Of a stretch of DNA of 64,000 nucleotides, positions 46,976 to 60,314 are shown one piece after another. Under the pieces are notes generated by a model. That model did no database searches. It saw nothing but the letters and a program-made list of their open reading frames with translations, and was not told where the DNA came from. The stretch is from contig CAXHJY010000608.1 of assembly GCA_964016885.1 (NCBI GenBank), positions 1 to 64,000 on the forward strand, written 5' to 3'. Position 1 is the stretch's first letter. Each line of letters starts with the position of its first letter. This DNA comes from Eledone cirrhosa. Its lineage: Eukaryota. A program made the translations under genes and the position numbers.

Positions 46976-47023
46976 CATACCGAGAACAATTGTTTCACCT
47001 TAGCAGATCTTCAGCTCGGTATG
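46976..47023 (-). ncRNA. Hammerhead HHR-D, intact core, in TA-flanked element 46949-47095
   Basis: cataccgag CTGAAGA tctgctaaggt GAAA caattg TT ctcggtatg: perfect 9-bp stem I, palindromic stem III, weak stem II, GUU triplet. Related deleted copy at ~57100-57185. Confidence 0.72.
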
Positions 47024-47403
47024 TGTATCTACCTACTCGTCCCTTGGACTGAGTGCTCTACTACTACGGATATTACCTTCCAGTGTTCCACCACTATATA
47101 TATATATATAAACATGCGTGTGAGGGACGTTGAACATCATGTTCATGTATAGGCCTTTGTTATCCCTCAACTAGCACCCAAATGAATATTTTCATATGTG
47201 CATGTAAACCTGGACCTTATTATTTAAGGTTTCTTCTTTTTTTTCTAAGGGACGAAGATGTATTTTAAAGGATAGTTGGCTTTCAACTCTAATGAGTCGA
47301 ATGGACAGGTAAAATTTTCCTATTTCGTTTATGATTACCGGTGTAATATTGGTTTTATGACAAAGGAGTAACTTTACCATTCGTTAAATTAGAAGCAGAT
47401 AAG

Positions 47404-47620
47404 TGCGGTGGATTGGCAGTATCGGTAAAGAGTTGGACACCGTGCTTTGCAGCATAGAGTTACGGCCCTTTATGATCTGCGTTCAAATCCCGCTGAGGTT
47501 GACTTTGCCTTTCCTCATTACGTGGTCGATAAAATAAAGTACCAGTCACGTACTGGGGTCGATTCCATCGACTTTCCCTTCCCAAAAAATTGCTGGCCTT
47601 GTGCCTATATAAGAAACCAT
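47404..47620 (+). mobile_element. Deu/Nin-like SINE (subfamily B, longer tail)
   Basis: Tail contains the GTCGAT..ATCGAC hairpin and ends CCTATATAAGAAACC. Confidence 0.88.
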
Positions 47621-47932
47621 TAAATTAGTACCGGATGAAAATATATACTGTGGCCGATACCAATGACTAGAAAACGATTGAACACGATTTTCAGGCATGA
47701 CTGTAGACAAAAGACTGACACCAGTAAAAGAATACAATAAAAGAATGTAATATGTTAATGACTGCATGTGTCTGTCCATATTTTGATCTATTGATATTTT
47801 TAAGTAAACAAGTGTTAGAACTTCGAAGTTGTAAGAGTTTATATGTTCACGCATGCATATGTGATTGTAGACATATGCGCAGAAGCACGTACGTCTCTGT
47901 AAGATGTCTGTGTGTATGTATACTATTGCACA

Positions 47933-48014
<82 letters not shown>

Positions 48015-48803
48015 ATGAAATTTTGAATCTCCTTTATTCTGAGTCTCTTGCATAACTTCACAGGTATAATAAAACCAACATATACATCGTCTGTTGCTCT
48101 GTCTGTCTCTCCCTCTCTATATACTTCTATTTCTGTTTCTTTTTTCTCTTGATACATATATATATGGACTCACACACATGCTTATATTTGAATGTGTGTA
48201 TGTGTGTGTGTGTGTGTGTGTGTAAAAGAGAAAAGTGCATCAAATCTAGATGCTATTTTTAACTATGGTAGACTATAACTTGATGTAAAACGTATGTAAG
48301 CTGCCAGAGAAGCAAACACGGCATTTTAACTTGTTAGCATTGCAGCACATTTCTCCTGTATCAGCGTCTATAATTAGAGACTAATGGGGGAAGGGTGCTA
48401 TTTTATTGTAATTTCAGTATGGCAAATTGTTTATCTCACCGCTTTCATAAATAATATTTGTCGTCTTTATTCTACTTTATTTTGTTTCGTTTACATATTT
48501 TTAATAATGCCCTCATTATCAGCATAGACATGCTGTTTACTGTTTGTTCAGAGTGAATAGCTTTGGACAAGAAAATACATTATAAAAAAAAAAAAAAAAA
48601 TTACAATGAAAACATCAAGTGTTTATAATTGCTAGGCATATTCATCCACAATTGCATTGTGGGTAAACATGAGATACACGTAACAAAAGGGCTGTTGGCA
48701 GCGTTCGTTGATTTTTAAACAACTCGTTTACTGTTTCGGCGTAACAAGAACGTATGCATGTATGTATGCATGTATGTGTATTTATGAATGTATATACGTG
48801 TGG

Positions 48804-48847
<44 letters not shown>

Positions 48848-49506
48848 GTATATATATAGAGAGAGAGATAGAGAGATAAATAGATAGAGAGATACAGACA
48901 AACATACATTATTCATACATACACACACACACAAACACACACAACTTTCTCATTATCTAGATATGCGGTACAGGTTCCAGATCGCACGGGGGAACGTTAC
49001 CTGCGATAAACTGACATGCTCTCTTGGGAAGAAGTCTTACATTTATCTAACCATTAAATATCAGGTAACTGGAGTTATGAACATATTCTAATTAGCCCCT
49101 TGTGGATTTTGGCAAACGTTTACATTTTACCTAATTTTGTACTATCATTATATCTATGTTGTACAGCATGAAGGGTTCACGTCTCAACAACAAAAGAAAA
49201 ATGTGGAGTGCTTTACAACTCTGGGATTAGGAATATCTATATATTCACCGTTTCTTTATAGTACCCGAGGGAGATTACACTGAAATCCTTCTACCTCGAT
49301 TTACGCAGTGAAAAAGAGAAAGAAAAAAATACTCATGAAGCCTTACCGAGTGGAGATAAACTTTTGGTTAGACAGCGTATTGACTAGAAAATTGCAAACA
49401 AATTAAGATAATTAACGCTCCCCAGAGAGATTAACTCTCTAGCAATCCATAGATTGTGATACATGTATGTTTTCAGAGTATAAAGAGACACACACATCCC
49501 CCCCCC

Positions 49507-49587
<81 letters not shown>

Positions 49588-50146
49588 CATATATAGTAAT
49601 GAAAATAATAATATTTGATAATCTACCATTTAAGCACCCATAGGGTAAACCATAATTTGTCTCACCAATGGATTTTTCATCTCAAAATATGTTCACAGAA
49701 ATGTGATTTGGTCTGCGCCAGAGTATCAGCAATGGAATGACAGATGGGAATATAGATCTTTAGGCCGATTTGATGATTAGTTCCTTTGATTTTCTTTTAT
49801 CTTTTATGCTTTATTTGAACAATACCATGCGTTCTCAACGCTAAGATATAGCAATAATATATTACTGATATATATTTTAACAGGCTTCATTGGGATTAGA
49901 TTTCAGAAATTAACTAAATGGTGCCAGATAATTATCTAATACTGTATAGTTTTTGCTAACGAAACTGCAATTGAGCTATGCACACTATGATGTCTTACAT
50001 TGACACAAAGTTACATTATAAATATACTTATATTATTACACAAACCCTGTTGTATTAGAAGTCAGAAGTTAACTAAAAGTTAAATCTAACGTACATACTT
50101 TGACGCAACTTTCGTTTCTGCTAATTGCATGTCATTTAACATGTAT

Positions 50147-50360
50147 TAATGGTTTCTTATATAGGCACAAGGCCTTCAATTTGGGATTAGGGCAAAGTCG
50201 ATTAAATCGGCCCAGTGCGTGACTGGTTCTTTTACCGACCAGTAAGGATGAAAGGGAAATTAAACCTCGGCGGTATTTGAACTCAGATCATAAAGGGCCG
50301 TAACTTTATCCTACAAAGCATGGTGCCCGACCCTCTACCGATACTGCCAATGCACTGCAC
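50147..50360 (-). mobile_element. Deu/Nin-like SINE (subfamily B)
   Basis: Reverse complement of the 47404 type. Confidence 0.85.
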
Positions 50361-51106
50361 CTTAATAAGGGAAAAGATATGCGACAACGTCGCATTATGT
50401 GTAAATTGAACAATTGATTGATTAACGGTGTAACTAAATCACAAACGTTCAAGATGATCCACGGTGAAAAATGTTATATTCAATCAGCGAACCGCATTTA
50501 TTTGGAACAGAACAGGTAGATTATATAATAAACATTTTCAAATTATGTGACATGGTCATGCCGTGCAGGACAGACGTCGTAATGGTTCCATGTCAGAATG
50601 ACATGTTCACGTGCTTCTACCTGATTTTAGTGTTAAAACTATTTTCAATTTTGAATGTATTTTATTTATTTGTTTAAATCAATTCCATTACTAAACAGCA
50701 AAGTTGATCCTGGCGAAAATTGAATTCAGGATGCAAAATTCGTAAGTAAATACCGAAAATTAATTAGTAAAATAAGCCAATCCACCGCCATGCTTACCAG
50801 AATAATAACAATATGACAAAGTATGTTTTATACATTTGTCATAGGTAGAACGGGCAGAAGAGAGAGGGAGAGAGGGGTGTGTGGGGTGAGCAGTACTGAT
50901 ACGGAAATAAGAAAGGCCAAAGGTACAGTTGTGAGTAGATAATGCATGAGGTGCAAAGCTACTTACAGATATGATAGTTAAGTAGATACACATCTTCGTT
51001 ATTAAAGTGGAACAATTATTTAATGAGAAACAGAAACAAGGCAAAATGCAACCATGAGTATCAGTGATTTATATAAGCATACATATATATATATATATAT
51101 ATATAG

Positions 51107-51138
51107 GAGTGAGAAATTAAATTTCATTTCATTCTTTT

Positions 51139-51210
<72 letters not shown>

Positions 51211-51242
51211 AAAAGAATGAAATGAAATTTCATTTCTCACTC
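51107..51242. repeat. Palindrome: 34-bp arms around a (TA)n centre
   Basis: GAGTGAGAAATTAAATTTCATTTCATTCTTTTCC (TA)n GGAAAAGAATGAAATGAAATTTCATTTCTCACTC, one mismatch. Confidence 0.92.
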
Positions 51243-51410
51243 ATAGTACGGCTGATACTTAAATGTAAGTATGTATACGTACATACAAATATGTATACAG
51301 ACGTACAGTAGTATGTATATATATACATACATGCACACATATATATATATACGTATAGGTTTACCGAACATTTATTATAATGTTCGTTTTGTTTGTAAAC
51401 AAATAGCCCG

Positions 51411-51461
<51 letters not shown>

Positions 51462-51563
51462 TCTATCCCGGGTTCAATCAACCAATGAACTTCAATCATC
51501 CCAATCACCACCCCTTCCTGCCACCAGAAAAGATATAATTACCACCATATTACTCGGTCAGTT

Positions 51564-51614
51564 GGGTTCCTGATGATTTCTCCCGAACGAAACAGTTCTA
51601 GTTCTGTAGAAGCC
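51564..51614 (+). ncRNA. Hammerhead HHR-E, intact core, in TA-flanked element ~51459-51630
   Basis: gggttc CTGATGA (51570) t-ttc-tccc-gaa-c GAAA (51589) cag-ttctagtt-ctg TA gaagcc; GUA triplet. Confidence 0.72.
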
Positions 51615-51624
51615 ATTTCTATAT

Positions 51625-51685
<61 letters not shown>

Positions 51686-51740
51686 ATATATATAAATATA
51701 TAAATATATATAAATATATAAATATATATAAATATATAAT

Positions 51741-51771
<31 letters not shown>

Positions 51772-52206
51772 ATATATACAAATATAAAAATATACAAATA
51801 TATAAATATATGTGTGTGTATGTATGTATGTATAGATGGGTGGTTGGTTGGAAGAATTCATATATTGAAATGAGTGCTGCAAATGTAGGAGGAGAAACGT
51901 AATAAATGTAAATGAATTCCAAGAGACATTTCGAAGGAGATACGTGAAAAATAAAATAATAAAATCCAAAACAAACAATATTATATTGAAGGGAATATAA
52001 TCAAATGTATCAAGGTAAGAGCAATGGCAATGTTGAAAGATTCTGCGCAATGTTAACACCGATTGAAATATAAACTAGATGAAGTGGGTATTCGCACATG
52101 AAAATTGTTAATACATAATCGCTTATGCCCACAATGTACCCTTGATGGACAGTATATAGCAAAGGAAAAGGGAAAAAGAATTTCAAATTGATATATGTAT
52201 ATGCAG

Positions 52207-52240
<34 letters not shown>

Positions 52241-52242
<2 letters not shown>

Positions 52243-52379
52243 CGAAAGAAGTGTGGCAAGGAACCAGATGGACCATAACGCACCACGTTAGTAGAGGGGG
52301 TAATAGGAAAACCCCAACGGCAGAGTCCAGAAATACCCGTTGAAACGGCTTGAGCTTTGCCGTCGGGGTTAAACATTTT

Positions 52380-52383
<4 letters not shown>
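52241..52383 (+). mobile_element. (TA)n-inserted fold-back element, copy 3 (diverged, shorter hairpin)
   Basis: Same leader; GAAACGGC-ttgagcttt-GCCGTCGGGG; ends TTTTCCTA(TA)n. Confidence 0.75.
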
Positions 52384-52439
<56 letters not shown>

Positions 52440-52784
52440 TTATTGAAAAAGAAAAGAGAAGCTGATATGGATAACGAGAAATATCAATGGGAACTACTTA
52501 GAAACAGGAAGAGGATTACTGTAAAAAAAAAAATAATAATAATAAAAAGTATTTAAACCGGATATGTAAAACTGGAAAAACAAGTATTACACGGTTAGTT
52601 TGTCTGGTAGAAGAAATGGCAAGAAAGTATCAAGGAGATTGACTGATATATTCACAGAGAATGAAACTAAAAAAAAAGACAATCGTTGAACAATTCCAAC
52701 GATTTAAATAAAACAACAAAAATGATAATGCTAAACTAGATTTAATCCCGATATACAGCAGAAAGCTGGGGATGGCTCTGCACA

Positions 52785-53100
52785 TTAATCAGTATATCTG
52801 AGGATAAAGAACTCAGAGCTGTACGGGAGCCTCCCAAAAGTCAGCTCAAAAGTGTCACAGAGGAGACTGAGGTTAGCTGAACATACAACCCGACATCCAG
52901 ATTTGGCACTGCACTCAGTGCTCCTGTGGGAGCCCTTGCATGGACATACTGGAAGAGGAAGGCCGAAGTTAACATATGTTGATGCTCTAAAGACAGACAC
53001 TGGTCTGTTGGAGACGCAGGACATGGCAGCGATAATGAGGGACAGAGACCGCTGGAGAGAACTCGTCCATGGATCTCGAGAATTTTACCCGCCCTAGATA
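52785..53100 (+). mobile_element. RTE-type LINE 3' fragment
   Basis: LYGSLPKVSSKVSQRRLRLAEHTTRHP...LLWEPLHGHTGRGRPKLTYVDALKTDTG...MRDRDRWRELV. Confidence 0.88.
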
Positions 53101-54159
53101 TAATAGAAGTTGTATAGGTAGAAAAAAGATATGATAGCCAAGTAGAAGGTTTAAGATATAAAAAGAAAAACATGAAAGCAAAGCAAATCTCATTTGTGAG
53201 GGGATGAATAGTTCAAGTGTAAACAGAGCATCAGAAACAACAAAAATTGCCATATAGAGTATAGGCCATCGATAGTTATGACAGACGTGGTGTGGCCGTT
53301 GCTCCAGTTGATATGTGCCTATGATTTTGAAGACGCTCACAGGCCTCACGCTCTAATTATTTTTATCTGTTCTGTTATTTGTAAGTGCATTATATACATT
53401 ATCTATACATGTCCTTGTATGCACGACAGCCCATACATAAATTATATGTATTTACTATTGATTACTACGACACATGAAAGTATTAACTTATATTTCACGT
53501 CGTGAATAAGCTAACTATATCTTTTGGGAATCTTCATTCTACATTTCCCAAGTGGTTTAACGTTGCAACCAGCTTTGTACGGGGCTAGCAATTCCGAAAA
53601 CATTGAGATAAACTTTCAGAATTCCTAAATATACGTGAATTGGCAGAGTTGTCAGAATGCCTAGTAGAATGCATTGTGGCATACATTCCAGATCTCTTCG
53701 TTCTCTTAGGCTTTCGTTAACTTGGTCTTTCATCCTTTCGTGGTCGATAGAATTGACTCAAGTACGGTGTTAGATTTTTCTTCAATATATCTTTCTAACT
53801 TTATCACTCGTATTCTTTTTCTCCTTCTCTGGATGAATTCGACTATGTAGAGATAGGCTCCTCTAGATTTAAAGTACCCAAGGCAAGCCGTATGTCACGG
53901 TTTATACGGAAGTTTCGGATCCATATATATTATCCTTATAAAGTAGTTGACAAACGTCAGAAATGTGGAATTGTTTATGAAACTATAGTAAGGTCCAACA
54001 CAAGTTCCTATGAAACATACTTATAACGACAGTATCAACGAAGGGAAATTACAATTATCTGTTTCGGTTTATTTTCGGAACAATGTGTTTTAAAACATTT
54101 GACCCCATTACTCTTTATTGCAGCAGCAGCAGCAGCATTATTATTATTATTATTGTTAA

Positions 54160-54371
54160 GGGCGGTGAATTGGCAGTATCGGCAGAGGGTCGGACGCCAT
54201 GCTTTCCAGCATAGTTACGTCCCTTTACGATCTGAGTTCAAATCCTGCCGAGGATGACTTGGCCTTTCATCCTTACGGGGTCGATAAAATAAAGTACCAG
54301 TAATGCACTGGGTAATTTGCTGGCCTTGTGCCTAAAGTAGAAACAATTATTATTATTATTATTATTATTAT

Positions 54372-54372
<1 letters not shown>
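54160..54372 (+). mobile_element. Deu/Nin-like SINE (subfamily A) between (TTA)n runs, followed by (TAG)n
   Basis: Full length with boxes and tail. Confidence 0.9.
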
Positions 54373-54412
<40 letters not shown>

Positions 54413-54413
54413 A

Positions 54414-54454
<41 letters not shown>

Positions 54455-54838
54455 AATTGTTTAGAATTAGGTATTCTTCAAAGATATATTTATGTTTCAA
54501 TGCGATTTCATAACATTGTGTCATCCGTAGACAGAGAGAAATCAATATCGATATCATCATAATCGTTTGTTATCTTGACATACGTGCCAGAACAATGTCA
54601 TAGGATTTCTCTCTCTCTTTCTCCCTCCCTCTCTGTCTCCTTCTTTCTCTCTCTTTCTCTCTATCTGTCTATCTCGTTCCGTTTCTTTTACAGACACATT
54701 CAAGGACGCATACAAATATCTATAGCTATGAGCAAGCATACTGACAGATACGCAATACATTCATATATAGATATAAACATAGATACACATGCACACACAT
54801 ATGTATATATATGTATATATAGAGAGAGAGGGAGAGAT

Positions 54839-54911
<73 letters not shown>

Positions 54912-55278
54912 CTACTCTATGTACAATACAATAAAATGTCAGTCCGTTTAATGTCATGTCGTATCAGATAACGCCATTGTGATAACAAAAGGAAAAAATA
55001 ACCATTAAAAAGGAAACAGAGATTATGATGAATAGAAACGATACAAAAGATGACAGCATCGAAGATCGGTCACTTGACCTGCTAGATATTGCAGAAACAG
55101 TAAGAGGAAAAGCACTAGCTAAATATTTCTCAAGTAAAATCCTACTGTGAAATACTATATAATTAGCAATAAGTATGTACTCTTCGTTATAGAAAATCTG
55201 AAAATAAGAGTGGATGGCGGATTGTAGGTTGATAGATCAACTGAGATCGGGTAGACCAAAGTCAAAACAATAACAATA

Positions 55279-55676
55279 ACGGTTTCTTATATAGGCACAA
55301 GGCCGGCAATTTCGAGGGGAGGGGTAAGTCGATTAAATCCACCCCAGTGCGTGACTGGTACTTTATTTTATCGACCCCATAAGGATAAAAGGCAAAGTTT
55401 AATCTCGGCGGGAGTTGAACTCAGATCATAGAGGGCCGTAACTTTATGCTGCAAAACTGGCGCCCAACGCTGTACCGATACTGCCAATCCACCGCACTAA
55501 AAACAATAACAATAATAATTGTTTCTACTTTTGGCACAAGGGCAGCAATTACCCAGTACATTACTGGTACTTTATTTTATCGACCCTGTAAGGATGAAAG
55601 GCAAAGTTAACCTCGGCGGGATTTAAACTCAGACCGTAAAGGGCCGTAACTATATGCTGCAAAGCATGGGGTCTGA
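55279..55676 (-). mobile_element. Two adjacent Deu/Nin-like SINEs (B: 55279-55497; A: 55513-55676)
   Basis: Both in reverse orientation, separated by AAC/AAT repeats. Confidence 0.88.
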
Positions 55677-56756
55677 ACAATAATAATAGTGTATCCTCGT
55701 TAACAGCACCATCATTGTCACCAAGACAACATCAACGCCAGCAAGCCATCGAAGAAGCATCCACTTATATTTCGCTTATATTTCTAGAAATAACAACCAA
55801 ATTTCTTTCAAATCACATACATCGATGTCTTTAAATGAAGGACGTATTTAACAATCTATCTAGTCCTTGATGTACAAAACTATGGGGTGGTCATATCCAG
55901 GACCTAAATAGCAATCACATCAACATGATTCAAATTGTCTCTGTCCCATAAAGTTAGTGGAACTTCGTCGATTTCAATTGTGTTCCTGTTGTTAGATGAA
56001 CTCTTTCAAGGTAACGTGTGAAGTGGCTGTGTATCTCGGCGACACTTATAGAATTAACGCGACAACAACAACAATAACAACATCAACAACTATTAATACT
56101 ACTACTGCTGCTGCTATTGCTACTACTACTACTACGTCGTTACTCTCAACAAATAGGCATTTATGAATAACTAGGTTTTGTATCCAAATATTCTGTTTGG
56201 GAAGAAAACGAAAACAAAGATGGATGTTGGAACATTCGCATAGTTCCCATGGTCATTAGCAGCCATGAGATATCTAATGGTGACAATTCACACACACCTA
56301 GATATACACATACATACACACACTAGAACATATTTATATAGAGGCACATATACACTTATACACGTGTGGTCACGCAAGCGTGTGTATATTTGTGTCTTAG
56401 TCTGTGCTTATATTTGTATATGTGTGTTTGTGTTTCTCTGTGTGCACGTGAGCGAAGGTATATGTGCTTATGCATTTCTACATTTTGTGAGGAACAGATA
56501 CAAGCAGTAGAATTTTTATAATCTCCTCGGTTGTCCTATGAATTTTCTATTTTCTTTATTCATAGACCAAACAAAATAAACGGGAAACTCAGAGTAGCGA
56601 TGGGATGAGGCTTCGGATTACAATACATTAAATCACGCACACAGACACGCAGTTGTTCCATATGTTTGTTATATTTACTGAACATAACAGAGTGTAGGGC
56701 ATATCAATTATTGAACAATTACACATGTTCAAAGACGTGTGTATATATATATATAT

Positions 56757-56963
56757 AACAAAGAAGATGTGGTAAGATACTAGATGGACCATAACGCGCC
56801 AGAGTACTCAATACTTAGGGTAGCAGAATGGGTAATAGGAAAATAATCTGGACCTCGACGGCCGGGCTTCGTCCGTTTCGACAGCTAGATCCGAACTAAA
56901 CCACTAGATAGGATCTAGCTGTCGAAACGGCCGGAGATCAGTTGTCGGGGTCCTGACTCTTTT

Positions 56964-56967
<4 letters not shown>
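56757..56967 (+). mobile_element. (TA)n-inserted fold-back element, copy 4
   Basis: Same leader and palindrome with an ~18-nt loop; ends TTTTCCTA(TA)n. Confidence 0.85.
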
Positions 56968-57000
<33 letters not shown>

Positions 57001-57002
57001 AA

Positions 57003-57085
<83 letters not shown>

Positions 57086-57251
57086 GACAGAGTTAGTTAG
57101 TTCCACAACAAATTAGTAAACCATACTCGAGCATACTGCGTCGTCTACTTAATACGGATATAACCTCCCGGATTTTTACTACTATATATATATTGAGAAA
57201 GAGAGGCAGTGAGAGGAAGAGAGAGTGGGAGACAGTTCACTGTTCAAAGGG

Positions 57252-57413
57252 CCAAAATCTAGAATGGTCTCAATAAAAGTTATGAATAGGAATAAAATAC
57301 TGTAGTGTAAATATATATTAATCGAACAGATTAAACGTTTTAACATAGAGTAACTCTACCTTGGATATGGTCAAAACGTAGATTATGTCCGCAAGCATTT
57401 AATCTTATAAATA

Positions 57414-57478
<65 letters not shown>

Positions 57479-57493
57479 TGTGTGTGTCTGTGT

Positions 57494-57566
<73 letters not shown>

Positions 57567-58449
57567 CGCATTTATTTCTGTATACACACATACACACATG
57601 CGAGCAGACATATGCTTTCTCAGTGTCACAAACTCAGTGAAGAATTAATATATGATGATGGAGAATCTAGCAAACATTTCTCATCTAGCACGCTGTAAAA
57701 AAAGGTCTAAGGAGACCTTACAACATGGCAGGTGTGGGCGGGTCCAACACTGTATATATATGGAATGGTTTATAAAAAAATATATATATAAGAATAGCGG
57801 TAACTAATTATCGCAAGGCATTTAGTGCCCCATCAATCCATCGCCTTGTCTCGATCGACTGCGCTTGTAAAAAAATATAGAAACAAAATAACAAATAAAC
57901 ATTCTAAAAAAAGAAAGATGGCAAAGAGAGTTGTGGAAGCAACCAAACACCAAAGAACATGTTTCTTTGCTCCTATTTAAAAAAAAATGTTTTGTATCAA
58001 CACATTCGGCTGGGTTTGTGTTGAAGGAGAATGTTCCGCCAGGCTAACTATGCTCATGTCACACACTACATGCACGAGGATGAAAGTCTTCAATCGTATC
58101 CAGGCGATTCAATGTTTTCACGCCACATTACATTAATTTTATGTGAATGTCAATTTGAATAGGGCATGCTTGCACAGTATTATCATTTCACCCCCTCCTC
58201 AGCTAATTTTTAACTCTTCCAGCATGCATGTTTGTGTATGAGTGCATACAGAAATATATGTGCACATGTATGTGTATATATTTTTTTAGAAGATTAAATG
58301 ATTTAGGACAGAATGCATGTTTTGACCATATCCAAGATAGAGTGACTCTAAGCTAAACATTTTGATCTGTTTAATTAATATAGATTTATACTACAGTTTC
58401 TGTATATATGCATATTTATAACTTTTATCTACCCTAATCTGGATTTTGG
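57252..58449. mobile_element. Decayed non-autonomous TIR element (~155-bp inverted ends), containing (TG)n 57417-57562
   Basis: 57252-57408 (CCAAAATC...CTTGGATATGGTCAAAAC...CATTTAATCTT) mirrors 58289-58449; no coding sequence; TSD not resolved. Confidence 0.7.
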
Positions 58450-59727
58450 TTAAAAAGAAAACACCCATGGATTTTGGTTTAAGAGTAATCACCCATTACT
58501 CTTGTACAGCAAAGCGTAGCCGTACCTATAAATATAGGAGATGATGAGGGACAAAATCTCAGTAATTGAATGCTACTTTATATACACTGGGATAAAATTG
58601 CAAAGATGATCTGGGTAGTATTTGATCTCAGAAATAGAATACGCCTTACAACTACCACAGAATAGTTGTACTACGTCCTAGCAACTCTGTCATCCTATCA
58701 ATGGAGCTTTACGTTATGTTTTATTTTCCCTCTCAATTTACGTCTTAGGAGACCCTGATTTTCATCCTTACGAGATCGATAAAACGAAATACTAGTTAAC
58801 TACTGATATCTGTAAAATCGATTGGCCTTTTCCCCAAATGTGTGTTATTGTGCCTTGTTAGAAAACAAGTGTTTCACATGCCGCCTTGGTCGTCTTTGTC
58901 TTTCGTCCTTATTTGGTCGATATAATCGAATGTTGACTCACCTTCTCATAAAAAATAAGAAATAAAAAAAACAATAGTAATAATAAAGTTGTGTCCATGT
59001 GTCTGAAACAAATCGATATTTAGTCACGCCTCTTTACGTTTTTCTCCTTCAAATACCACCTAGGGATACGATTCAGCCTTTCATCCATGCGATATCGACA
59101 TAATTACGCCCAGACAAGTAATGCAGTCTATTAGAACAAACCACAGTCCCCACTCCCCTAAATATTTTATAGCAGCTTTGGGCCAATGTTAGAAACACGC
59201 AGCTCTGCTGAATGGCAGAATCATTACATTAATAAACTAAATGACATCCGATATTTAGTTAAGTTCCTTCACGTTCTGTATTTCAAATCCAGCAACGGTT
59301 GATTTTGTTGCTTTTTTTCTTTTTTTCTTTTTAAATATATTCATACATTGAACATCTTTAACATATATAATGTCTCGCTTTGATCCTTGCTTTTATAAAG
59401 ATGACACATGTTTATGTATAGCCTCAAACATTATTTGTATGGTTTAATAATATTTAAGGATTTAAGAATTAAGAACTAAAATTCTAAAATTTAGGACATT
59501 ATTTGAGATAATATATATCCAATTTGGTCATATATCATCCAGGAAGAAGTAGCTCATAAATACTTGTTATTCCTACTCATAAATAAAAAACCACACACAC
59601 ACCCACTAATTATAAACATGAAGATCCACTGATCATCATGGCGTTACTTGTGTTTATAAGCTCGGCCTCCCAGCCACGGTTACCATTATTATTATAAATA
59701 GCATTATTATTATTATAAATAGGGGCC

Positions 59728-59916
59728 ATGGATTGGCAGTATCGGTAGAGAGTCGGACGCCATGCTTTGTAGCATAGAGTGACGGCCCTTGACATTCTGA
59801 GTTCAAATCCCGCCGAGGTTAACTATGCCTTTCATCCTTACGGGGTCGATAAAATAAAGTACCAGTAATGCATTGGGTAATTGCTGGCCTTGTGCCAAAA
59901 GTAAAAACAATTATTA
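59728..59916 (+). mobile_element. Deu/Nin-like SINE (subfamily A)
   Basis: Near-consensus copy. Confidence 0.9.
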
Positions 59917-60104
59917 TAAACAGCTTCTCTATGATAGTCGGTTGAGTATGATTTTCTAGTTTCTCTCGCTGTATTTCTATTATTATTTTATTTCACCCTA
60001 TGTTGAAGTTAACTATCAGTATTGATCTTCTTACCATCAAGCTTCATTTCGGAGTTTAAGATAATAAGAATTGCTTTCTGCCCTTCTAGGTCGTATCCAC
60101 TAAT

Positions 60105-60280
60105 TTTCAGATTATCCTGCAGTGCCAAGTAGGCATGCGTTTTGCACAGTCGATATACCAATTTTAAATCCAATTTGTTGCAAATGTTTAGCACAGTTAT
60201 ATGTCACACATCATACTGCTGCTATAATTATCGGTATCAGCATTACAATATTTATTTCACCCTTCCATATTTTCAAAATT
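60105..60280 (-). mobile_element. R4/Dong-like (restriction-like endonuclease) LINE C-terminal remnant
   Basis: LKIWKGEINIVMLIPIIIAAV*CVTYNCAKHLQQIGFKIGISTVQNACLLGTA resembles the ..PIIIGALG......LQKA.LLGTA terminus. Confidence 0.6.
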
Positions 60281-60314
60281 CATGTGGGCACGGAGCGTGT
60301 CAACAATTCTGTCA

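Noticed and set aside
48950-49015. Pogo/Tigger-like terminal sequence
   Set aside because: Only a loose resemblance and no partner inverted end found.
52555-52640. Possible R4-like zinc-knuckle remnant (RICKTGKTSITRLV)
   Set aside because: Key Cys/His residues missing; too decayed to call.
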